Made by a program: the position numbers and the translations under genes. DNA of 60,424 nucleotides, counting the filler, from Sphacelaria rigidula (Eukaryota): assembly GCA_964200075.2 (NCBI GenBank). It is 9 parts of 9 records of this genome, joined end to end, with 100 filler letters (N's around TTAATTAATTAA, not from the genome) between each part and the next. Parts side by side here need not be neighbours in the genome. Positions count along the whole stretch, not along the records: positions 33,628 to 40,252 come from CAXNAA020018980.1; positions 40,353 to 46,976 come from CAXNAA020018981.1; positions 47,077 to 53,700 come from CAXNAA020018982.1; 6 more parts are not named here. One strand, given 5' to 3'. The notes under the pieces are model-generated. The model saw nothing but the letters and a program-made list of their open reading frames with translations, did no database searches and was not told where the DNA came from. Numbering within the stretch: position 1 is the first letter of the stretch; every line of letters starts with the position of its first letter. Shown here piece after piece: positions 37,727 through 48,496 of the stretch.

Positions 37727-38729
37727 CTCTGGACAATACATTATGTAATATATATCGCCCGCTCAATATGTCGACGCGTAGGGTGGTCAATATATATATT
37801 GGACGAGCAATATTTTGGCACGAGAAAGGGTGAAATTATATTGTGACATCAATATGCCAAGTCTCCCGACATGAATGTATATCAACCGAACAATATATAT
37901 CACGACATGCGCCACCTCAATATGTATTGGCCGAGTAACATGTTGATGAGGTACGGCACAAATATATATATATTTGTCGAGTAATATATTGGCTGCCACA
38001 CGAGGTCAATATATATATTGATAATTCAATATACTCAACACTCGAAGCGCCAATATATATCGCCGCCCCACTATGTCGTGCGCCAATGCGCCCAATATAT
38101 ATTGGGCGGACAATACACGAGGAAAGGTCACAATACATATTTGTGTAGCAATATATATATATATATATTGATTTTCAACATGTAGATTGAAAAGTGTATT
38201 GGAATTAGTATGGTGGGCAGTTCTATGTTCGCGGGCATCATTGCAAGATGTATCACCACATGCCGAAAACGCTCAATATATTCCTCCGCGAGCGTGTTCA
38301 ATACATATTGGCTGCACACAATAGCTATGCGATAATCGTGCGCAATATATATTTGAAAAAGCAATACTTTTGCATGGTTTGCATTCAATCTATACTATGA
38401 TGACAATATGTCACGCATCGTTTCGACTCAATATATTTATATATATATGTATATCTTGACTCAATATATTTATATATATATATATCTTGACACTTCAATA
38501 CATACACAGCCGGCATGCACAATATATATTGGATGTTTCGTTCCCGAGCAAATGCATGTCTAATACGTATTATCATGCATTACTTCACGATCATGACACG
38601 AGAAATATATCTTGTTGCTTCAATATCTCCGAGGACATCTCGACCCAATATATATTGAAAGGGCAATACTTGCGCTATCTCCAATACAAAGTACTGGCAA
38701 TATATTGGAACATATTATATTGTCCAGGG
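37727..38729. mobile_element. 1003-bp non-autonomous TIR element with arrays of CAATATATATTG-type palindromes (CMC/EnSpm-like)
   Basis: Left end ca|ctctggacaatacattatgt; right end acatattatattgtccaggg|ta (reverse complement ccctggacaatataatatgt); interior full of caatatatattg motifs. Confidence 0.65.
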
Positions 38730-39094
38730 TATAAGCAACACAGCACCGGTGACCACAAGGGTACCAAAAGACGCATACCGACCGGGTTTTCTGTCATCGT
38801 GATGTTTACCGAAGATATATTACATGCTGGGAAGGGGAGGGGCGACCCCGTACCTGTGGCCAGATAGGTATCAAAAGGCATATATATCGGGTCGCCTCGC
38901 CTGTCACCATATTTTCTGGCCAGTATTTATATATATATATATATATATATATCAAACGAATTCGACAACTCTTCGTAGCAAGACAGGCGAACTTTTGCGG
39001 CTCCCTTCAAAGCTTTTCCCAATCTGCACGGGCTCCGGCATCCATCGCGTCTGGGTCTTTCTTCAAGTGTACATCATACTTGTATTATCCCATA

Positions 39095-39463
39095 TATATA
39101 TATATATATATTGATCGGCCAATACATTGGCACCCACGCAGACCCAATATAGATTGACCGGTCAACATGTTCTCACCAATGCGACCCTAATATATATATA
39201 TATATATTGGTCGTGCAGTGTGTCATCGCCCATACTGCCCCAATGTATATTGATGGGACAATATGTGTTCAGCCCCACGGTACCAATATATGTATATATA
39301 TATTGGACGGGCTATAAGTACGGAATCCAACGACATAAATATATATTGGGCGCGTAATACGTGTGCAGTCCAAGGGTACCCATATATTGCGCCGGCAATA
39401 TATCGCAAAATTTTAATATGATCGACCAATATATATATTGAAAACATATTGTATTGTTCAAGG
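39095..39463. mobile_element. Terminal part of a related AATATATT-array element
   Basis: Ends gtattgttcaagg|tg; about 330 bp align to the reverse complement of 59594-59925. Confidence 0.65.
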
Positions 39464-40252
39464 TGTGAAACATCCCGATATCAATCGGCTACAAGTCTGC
39501 TCTTGAGAGATTTTTTCCCCTCCATGTTCTGCCGATCACTAGGAATCTTTGCGTGGTTCAGTTTTGATTTCAACTGTTTGGGCTCCAGAGTCCAAGAGAC
39601 GTTTTCTATCTATTTTTACATACAATGGTCTGCTTCATTCGTGACCTGGCACCTATTACTTTGGGAACCGAAACAGACCTGAAGGAAGGTGTATAAAAAA
39701 TGATCAAACAGAGGGTTCGGAAAAATGAGGTCCGACGCTACAATGAGGTTCAAGTGATATGTACAAAATCCAGGTCTTGTGCGAAACAGTATCGCCAAAG
39801 GACAGCTATAGCGCAAAAGAAAAATATGTCGCTGTTAATACGGAGGTGTGACTAGGTGGATCTAATGGATGTAGGTGAGCACGTGTGTCGATGGTGATAC
39901 CACCGGAGAAGCAATGGTGGAGGGGAAGCTCCTTATTCGTGACCTGTGTGTGTCCTCGTTCGGTGATTCCCAATCGCTGGAAATATTGGCATAATGTTAC
40001 CAGCAAACACCCGATTTGCCATGTACCGATGGAAGGCTTATTGCTGCACAGCCCACGGAAGAAGATCGGGGTGTCGTGGTTAATTGTCTCTTGTCTGTGG
40101 CGTTAACTAATGTCGCGATCAGTTTACAGCCGATTCTAATTTGTGGGGTTGAACACTCAAATGGGCTCAACCCGCCTTCGAACAATCGAGAATTCACGCC
40201 AAAGAGTATCGCCACGGGAAAGCATTTTCGCAAGCAAACTTTATGATGCAGT

Positions 40253-40352
40253 NNNNNNNNNNNNNNNNNNNNNNNNNNNNNNNNNNNNNNNNNNNNTTAA
40301 TTAATTAANNNNNNNNNNNNNNNNNNNNNNNNNNNNNNNNNNNNNNNNNNNN
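40253..40352. other. Artificial scaffold-joining spacer 6
   Basis: Same N44-TTAATTAATTAA-N44 structure. Confidence 0.98.
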
Positions 40353-41293
40353 TCCTCCTGTGTGACCCCGGCTAGTGCGCCCACATATACCGAAAGGTGA
40401 AGACCGGCGCCCAGAATAGATGAGACGACAACACAACACAATAAAAAAATATTCCTGCGAACCAGCCGCCATGGCAGAGTAGTGAGCGGTCTAACAATTC
40501 AAGTTGTTCCATTTTGTTATTTTGTCGTAATTGGCGATTTTCTCGGGCTGTTTTCGCTTGTCACCGCTTATCACATTGGGGATCTGAAAATATTTGTTTT
40601 CACTCAACATTCCAAGAAACAGAATTTCATGTACTCAATATTGCGTGACTTACGGGCTGACCGGTCATCCGGGGTCCTGCCACATTTCAGTCTAGATTCT
40701 TACTCTTCGGTATTTTCGATCGTTCGAGCCTGTCCTGATAATATCTGTGAATAAATGTACAGTTATATATATTTTTAACATCTACCTTCTCATTGCACTA
40801 GAGCCGAAAAACTATGTTTCACGGTCAATAACGCCCTCATGATAAACGGGGTATTTACTCGTACCGCCCGATAACACAAACCAACACTGACTTGAGCACT
40901 TTGTTCCGAGGGCGATCTGCTTATTGTACCAAAATCTACCGACGCTAGCAATTTCGAGTTCCATCGAAGAGTAGTACGCGAGGGGAACCCCAAAACACCC
41001 CTGAGTGGTAAGACCGCCCACTACAACTGTAGCCATCACCACGTGACGCCTTCACGACCCTGAAGCCGGAACAGCACCCACATACTGAGTATATGTGAAG
41101 TTTCGGGAATGGTCACGCTACACTCGGCCCAACCGCCGACGCCTCAAGTACTGTGAAGCTCAACCCTGTGACTACGAGGCAATTAGGGATGGATCTTTAC
41201 TGCAGGAGCATGGGTACATGACCAACGAAGCCAAAACAGCAGCCTGAGGCGGGCACACACATCACACATGGAACACAGATTGATGACACCTCG

Positions 41294-41350
<57 letters not shown>
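41294..41350 (+). repeat. (GTT)n microsatellite
   Basis: About 19 perfect GTT units. Confidence 0.95.
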
Positions 41351-41373
41351 CTCCACATTGAAAANNNNNNNNN

Positions 41374-41433
41374 TCTGCGCGGTACATTCGTACTGGGCAT
41401 CTGATGCGGACGCCTTCCATGGTCACAGGCTAG
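41374..41433 (+). repeat. Repeat terminus ending CAGGCTAG, near-identical copy at 47079-47138
   Basis: tctgcgcggtacattcgtactgggcatctgatgcggacgccttcc(a/g)tggtcacaggctag; both copies lie next to assembly gaps and diverge right after CTAG. Confidence 0.8.
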
Positions 41434-43307
41434 CTACATATAATGAGATCTCTTGACAGGAGAGAAACGCTCAACAAGCACTCGACACCAACAAGCAGCA
41501 CATGCCTTCGATCGCAATTTCCGTTTAGACTTGGACCCTCCAGCTCCACCGGCACAGCTTCGCGCGTTCTTCCTACTGCTTGCCTTGCGCCCTTCCCCGA
41601 AGCCGCTCCCACCCGCCTTCATCCTGCTGAGTTTTAGCATTTCTCGAGGACCATCGAAAACTGTTGGTGAAGGTTGTGTTGGAGGTTTACCGCTGCCTCC
41701 GCCACCGCCACCGGTCTTGATGATCTTGCCTGTCCGTATCGGCGTGGTCCTGTTGGGCATTTCGATTTTTCAGCAGGTGTGAGCGTGGGAGGGTATCAAG
41801 GAAATTCGGCAGAGGCGCAGACTAAATAGGGGGTCATACATTTGTCATCATATCTTAGCCCCCTCCTGCCTGTTTTTGCTCCGATTCGAAAGGGATGCGT
41901 GGTCAATGGTCAAACGACCAAGGCAAGCAATGAATGATTACCCCCCCCCCGTGTTTCGTTTTGTTCTGTTCCCTCGTTTTCTCTTTCATGATAGCTGTTC
42001 TCTTGTATGTTTTCGCAGTTCTTCAGCTCAACCAGTTTGTTTCCTTTCCATTTCATGTGTGTCGTTCTCGAGTTTCCTTCAACGACTGTTTCCGCTTATA
42101 TTTTTTATCTTGGGTGAGGGTGCGTGTGTTTTACGGCTGATTTTGCCTCGTTATTACTATTATTTCCGGACATTAGTTTCACCTCTCGAACCCGTGGTCA
42201 CACACGTAGGCTCGTCTCTCCAATACCGTTCCTGCTAGTCCGCACAAGACATGGAGTACCCATCCCCCATCATATTTTCTGAGATTCCAGACTGGAAAAA
42301 CAAAATACAAAAACATCAAATGAAACATCACCGAACGAACATGACTAGATTCAGGAGGCGACACGGAGAAATGTTCCGGACATGGACCCCGCCCCCCTCC
42401 CCCCCCCCGCTCGCAGGGCATTTTTTCGAAACTCCCAGGATTTTTTGGTTTTTTGTCAACTTTGTTGCAATAAAGTGATAAAAAACGACTGTTTTGATTA
42501 TTTTCTGCTAATTTTGTTGCAAGAAATTGATCAATAAACAATGACAAAAGACGATAAGTGCGGTGGGATTTGCGTGATTCGTATACCTGCTTCTACTCTT
42601 TGCCCGTTTTGTTCCGATTGTAATGCGTGAGAGGACCACGTGCTTAGGGGACCGCGTCTTCGTTCGAAACACCGCGGAATCGACGTTTTTCATAATCAAT
42701 CGGGCCAGTCCCTGCAGGGACCACGCCCCTGACACTAACCCTGCAGCACTAACCCTAACCCTAATAATAAGGATGCTCGAATTCCGATGTGGTCTTCCAA
42801 GCACGCGCTCTTCTCACGCATTATACCGGTGATCTCAGATGCCGGAGGGTATTTCTTCGAAAATTGTCCCCTTTCCGTTAATTTTGTTGCAAGAAATTTA
42901 TCAACAAACACTGACAAAAATCGAAAGTCTGGTGGGCTTTGCGGGTTTTATACAAAATGTGCTTCTGCTCCTTGCCCGCTCTGTCCCGATGGTCTCAGGT
43001 CTCCATGCCAAGGATCTCTGTCCACGGCAGCTGACTGCATCCGCAAACGCTTCGGCAATAAAACAGGGGACAGACAGCTGGATATCCCTCCCCTTCAAAA
43101 ACTCAAATTTTCGATCATGGGGCCTACATGTGCAGATTTGTTTTTTGTGCTGCCCCTCGCTAGATTGGTGAAGTATCAGTGATGGGTCAGGTGCGCGACA
43201 ATCAGTCAATCACTACGCAAATGCTCTTGGGGAGACCTCTCGAGTTCGGTACGACAAAGGCAAGGGCAGCTTCACAAGGCTAGATTGCCGAACACGCTGG
43301 CTTTCAC

Positions 43308-45935
43308 CAGCTGTGATGCTATCGATCGTCTGCTTACTCTTCTTCAGTGACAAGAGAGCTTTGAGGGTCTTATCTGCATAGGACTTGCCAACTAAAATTC
43401 AAGTACAGACGCTGGCACTAGCATGTGTGGACTCAAGATGAATTACAGTCAAGTACACCTCACTGTCGATCAACCCTTCGGTCGCGGCAACATCGGCCGA
43501 GAGCAGCTTCACACTTCCACGTATGTGGGGTGCGTTCACGTAGTTTTACTATGGATTGGGGGGGAGAGGGGGTACAGTCGTGATCAGTGGGTTTCGCAGT
43601 TTGGTCAGTAGTTGCACCATACCGTCCAGCACCACTAGCGTTTACCCCAACCCCTTGCCAGATTCCATGGTTGGCATACGTAGTTTCAGAGTGGGTCATC
43701 ACAGTTGGAATTCAGGGAGGGACGGGGGGGGTAGTAAGTAGTCTCAAGTGCTCGCTAGCGTGCGCAGCTCGCGCTTTTGCTCCGAAGTCAAAACAGACAC
43801 CTGGATGCACGACTGTGCTGTGCTGTCATACCACATACCATCCGTCGTGGCAAAGCGCAAAATGCTCCGCACCTGATGCAAACTTCAGTATGGCAAGACG
43901 TCAGCGGTTGACCCAACATAAGTCGCTTACACAGTAATTACACAGCAGTCGAGAGTCGGGGCATAGTACGACACCTTGTGCGAGGCTGCAGCTTGGCTGA
44001 AGTACACAAGGTACAGCCACGTTCCAACAAGGCAGCACAGTCGCGGTTCACAAAGTCGAAAGCATCGCCAGTACAGCGCCGACGAGTCAACAACAGCGAA
44101 GTACGCTCGCACAATCAAAGCACATGCCCACACAAGCAGCTGTGCTATATGTACGGCTGTATGTGCAGTATACTGACCTCCGATGCCTGTTGATATGTTC
44201 ATGGTGATGGCCATTCTTGTATAGCCTCATCGTGCGTACAGGGCCACCTGGCTGTAAACCGCCTGCCTCACGCGGCAGGCAGTAGGACAGGCCCAAGGCA
44301 ATCCATATCAACCCAGGGGAATTCCAAAGAGGCATTATCGTGCTCTGCGTGGTAGTCGGCTATGCCACAAAGGAGCGGCGGCCAGAGATACACAGCCCAG
44401 TGTGCCCACCGTGTACGGCTGTCAGAGTCAGCCCAGCCGACAAAAATGCTGGTGCGTCGGGGTGGTATCCAGAATCTTGGTAGATCTGGCGAAAACGAAT
44501 GGGATTCGGGTGAGAAAAAAGAAGCGGTGGAATAACGTTACGGTAGTATTGGCAGATGTATCATCCATGTCTACGAAGTATCCATGTCTACGAAGTATCC
44601 ATGTCTACGAAGTATGCAACAGTACGCGGAAGAGTGAAAATTCCACGACAGGAGAAGGGTATTCGGGAGAGCAGTGTGGAACCTCGGTGTAGAGCTCTTA
44701 CCATGGTTTCAAGGTTACATAGCTCTCGTACTGCGTGCTTCGGGGATTTCAAATGCTGAGAGTATTGTTTTGATATGATGTACTTGTGATCGTGGTGTAT
44801 TGTCTTCCCATCTACTGTACTCAAGACGGAGTTTGGTTTTATATCTCCACATCGTGATTGTAGAATGCTCTCGTTTCATGCTTGCTTCGCGCACAGCGCG
44901 AGCTAGCTCTCACCTCTCGCAGTGAGGGTCCCCTGCAGTTGTGTTGCTACACCACTACACACACTGCACTATGTTGTGCTCAAGCCGTCAAATGCTTACT
45001 TAGCTCTTTCACACGCATTGGATAACCTCCCCGCTGTACTACTGTCTGAGCTGGCACAGGTGTCCTGTTGTATCTGCCGAAGCTTGGTCTTCCCAAAATG
45101 TGCTGACTCGACGACACGAGTACTGGACAGGTACATATAACAAGCAGATACATCAAAAGAACCGACCTCAAAATGGCAACACTGAAAATCGCATGTGGAG
45201 GGGCGCTGATACAATGCGGGCACGTGGGCAAGCAGGAAATAGTAGCTTGTAGTAGCTCACCCTGCCATTTGCGCTTGAAACACGGCTACAGAACAACAGA
45301 GACCCAGTCCTGCACTTGAAGTAGAACCGATTGCACTGCATCGCGTCGAGACCCAAAACGGAACATACAGGTTCTTGGAGCCATGTTGGTGACGGGATAT
45401 AACACCCTCGGGACAATAGTTGGCCACTCTCCACTTCCTCGAGAGATACGACTCTGCACTCCCACGTAACTGCACTCATGAGCGAAAATCAACGGGAAAA
45501 TCCTAGCGAAAGGAGTTTTGGCATTTTGGCTGCCGCATTTCCTGAGCAAGGTGGAGGTAAAAAGGAAACCAAAAGGGGGGTGGTATATCCCTTTGTCATA
45601 CCCAGCTGGCCTCTGCTGACCTGGTTGTTGTTGCGTTCGGGTACCGATGCTCCACGATTCCAATGCCAACGGCCATGGAGAGCGCTGGATGTACCTCTGT
45701 TTAACTGTCCAAGAGAAACTGTCCACACATGACTGCTCTTGATCTGTTGGAGGAGGAGGCCAGCAGCTCGGAGGAGGCAACGGATGTCACATGCCTCGCA
45801 AGTGTAGAGGTCAGGAGCTTTGTACTGAGGCGTGTTTTGGACGAACGTAGGGTATTTGTAACCGTCCCTGAAGCTGTAGTTCACCCGACAACATAACGTA
45901 GCCGCAGCTACTGCACCGTAATTTTGTCGCGACCA
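43308..45935 (-). pseudogene. Possible decayed, intron-containing KDZ (Kyakuja-Dileera-Zisupton)-type transposase
   Basis: Minus-strand segments in order: KLRCSSC(frameshift)...VNYSFRDGYKYPTFVQ (CxC5-like); CSVLGLDAMQCNRFYFKC...FCSR|gtgagc (CxC6-like); exon 43391-43308 ending ...DSITAG|gtgaaa. Motif resemblance by eye only. Confidence 0.3.
44563..44613 (+). repeat. 17-bp minisatellite, three perfect copies
   Basis: atccatgtctacgaagt x3. Confidence 0.95.
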
Positions 45936-46976
45936 CCGATAATACTACAGAGGAACTGTACTGTGCTGTACTGCAAATTACAGTACAGTAGTGCAGCCCA
46001 TCCATTTATGCGTGTATAATCAATCAATCAAGGAGACAACACGGAACTATTGCAGTATTGTCCAGAGAGAATTGCTTAGTCTTCCCGCAGCCAGCTTGAG
46101 CCTCCTGGGTATGAGGAACGTACCATCATCATCCATCGTCAAGCGTTTGCAAAGGTGTAGTCGACCATGGACGTATGCATGTGGGCGTCTCGTAAGTTAC
46201 GCCAGAAACAGCGACATATACGAGAAAATGCAGAGTTTTTTGCGGCGATCTGCAACGAGGTCGTGGCGAGTCAGGCGCATTACCCGAAGGTCCTTGTTCA
46301 GGTACGTTTACGAGCACAGCAACTCTCATCTGAGGGCGCCCGTTATCAGTAAACATGAAATAGCCACCTCGGCGTATCCTTGGTGGGTCGCAAACAAGAT
46401 TGTTATACTTGAATTAAAATTCACGATGTCACCGTTATAAACCCACATTTTCCATCGAGACTAGAACATTCCAAGGTTGTGTTCTACAGGGTATACATAA
46501 AGTAGCGACCTCGGCGTATCCTTGTGGCTATCAAACCGCGGCACAACGTGCTTTGGATCGGACACAAGATTCTTGTCCTCGAACTAAAATTCACCATGTC
46601 ACCAGATGTCACCGTTTAAAACCCACGATTCTCATCGAGGCTACGAGCTGGGCCGGCCTAGACGCGAAGTTGTGGTTTGCAGAACCCGTCTCACCTCAAT
46701 TTTTGCGAGGTGGACATTGAAAATTGGTATGGAGGAAGAACAGGGCGTGCGAACAAGCTGTCGATCGGGACGTACAGTTTCTTTTCTTTCGTCAGATAAA
46801 GGCCAATAATCAGTACCTAGATTTCAGAAAAACACCGTTACCAAAAAAAAAATCTGCACGTCTCGATCGACAGCTTTTCAGCATACCCTATTCTTCCTCC
46901 GTAAACAGCCGATCATCTATGTTGAGGATGGTGCTTTTCATTGAGGATGAGAACCCGGAGGATTAAAATCTTCGTA

Positions 46977-47076
46977 NNNNNNNNNNNNNNNNNNNNNNNN
47001 NNNNNNNNNNNNNNNNNNNNTTAATTAATTAANNNNNNNNNNNNNNNNNNNNNNNNNNNNNNNNNNNNNNNNNNNN
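46977..47076. other. Artificial scaffold-joining spacer 7
   Basis: Same N44-TTAATTAATTAA-N44 structure. Confidence 0.98.
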
Positions 47077-48095
47077 TATCTGCGCGGTACATTCGTACTG
47101 GGCATCTGATGCGGACGCCTTCCGTGGTCACAGGCTAGACCCCCCTGAGAGGTCTAAATATAAAAAATGGGCACGTAAGTGTGCGGAAAATATTTTTTCG
47201 TGCTGCGGTGTATAATAAAACCAGCCTTCTTACTTGAAGTTAGTTCCCAAGTAGCCCTTGTAAAAGCCGTCAAAAAGCAATACACCGATCACTGATCCGA
47301 AATCGTCGAAAAGGAAGTAGTCTTACCTGGCCGTCGGTGTTTCTTCTTGATAAAAGTTGACGCGATGTCTTGTCGCCTCTCGCTCTCGTACGGTTATTGC
47401 GCAATCTTTCATTCTGTAAAGCGAAATTGCCCAGAGAGGAGGCGCGATCGCGTTGTTTGCGTGGTTCGCGGCGTCTAGTGTAGGTTTGCCTTGTTTGCTG
47501 TTTCGTTGTTTTGGGCACTGGGGCGGTACACTTTCACATGAAAAGTGGAGGGAGAGCATTACCCCTGCTCCTCCCTCCTACTTTTGGGTATGGGGTTGCA
47601 GGGACGGGCGGGGTGTGGGGTGTGTAGTTTTCCCTTTCGGCACCCTGCTGGCTTGCACGCTATTTCTCACGCAGGAGATTCTTCACATGGACAGACTCGT
47701 CTTTCGTGCTCATGTCTCGTCGATTTGTCCATGCCAATTTCCAGTTTCGAACAGCTGTTCAAGTAATCACCGACATCATTTCCTATCGAGCATTAAAGTC
47801 GGTGTCACCAACCACTGCGCTGTACGTTCGACAGATAATGTTGCACATGTGCGGAGGTGTGAGATGGAACCTTCCCGTCACCGGCAATGGGTGTGTTTGA
47901 GCGTATCAATCACCCAGCACACACGAAACACACGACAACATCGCCTAATTTGCCTGCACTTGAATGATTTGGAGGCATTTTTCCTTGCTCATCAGGTTGA
48001 ACCGACTGAAAAAAAAATACGGTTTAACTGTGGGAAGCACCACGTAAAAGGGGGAATTCTCACAGGTGTCTGTCGAGAAATCACCTTTTCACATC

Positions 48096-48496
48096 GGCGG
48101 CACCAGTGAAATAGCTCAATCGCTCCGAAAACTGAAAGTCCCGGGTTCGAATCCCACTATCACCAAAAAAGCAACTTGCAATTGAGTCGGGACAAAAGAG
48201 TCGTGAAAATGCCGGGGGACCATACAACGGGTCGATGACTTCTAAGTAGATTTTAAAGACCCACGGAAAATTCTTCTGTGGAGATCGTCGACTTGGAACC
48301 CAACACATGTGGATGGTATGTAAAAAATTGTGTACATCCTCACCGCTAGCCGGCGAAAGAGATTACTCCTACAAGCCTCTTCTCGTTAAGAGTACGAAAG
48401 AACACGCTCATAAAGAGGAGGGGGGGTGATGTTGGAACCACCACATGAAACGTGGAAACTTCCGCAAGTGTCTGTCGAGGGATCACCTTTTCACAT
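48096..48496 (+). mobile_element. Putative tRNA-derived SINE, preceded by the tail of another copy
   Basis: B-box GGTTCGAATCC at 48144-48154; the 62-bp segment 48033-48094 (..gtgtctgtcgag..atcaccttttcacat) recurs at 48434-48496. Confidence 0.4.

Noticed and set aside
37727..39463. CRISPR-like repeat-spacer array
   Set aside because: Repeats are short, variable AT palindromes with irregular spacing inside TIRs; eukaryotic context and no cas genes
41434..41760. G/K/S-rich 108-aa minus-strand ORF as a first exon
   Set aside because: Low complexity, no clear donor site or family; cannot be supported
42736..42765. Interstitial telomere (taaccctaacccta)
   Set aside because: Only about two to three units inside a dispersed repeat with ~370-bp direct repeats; not evidence of a chromosome end or fusion
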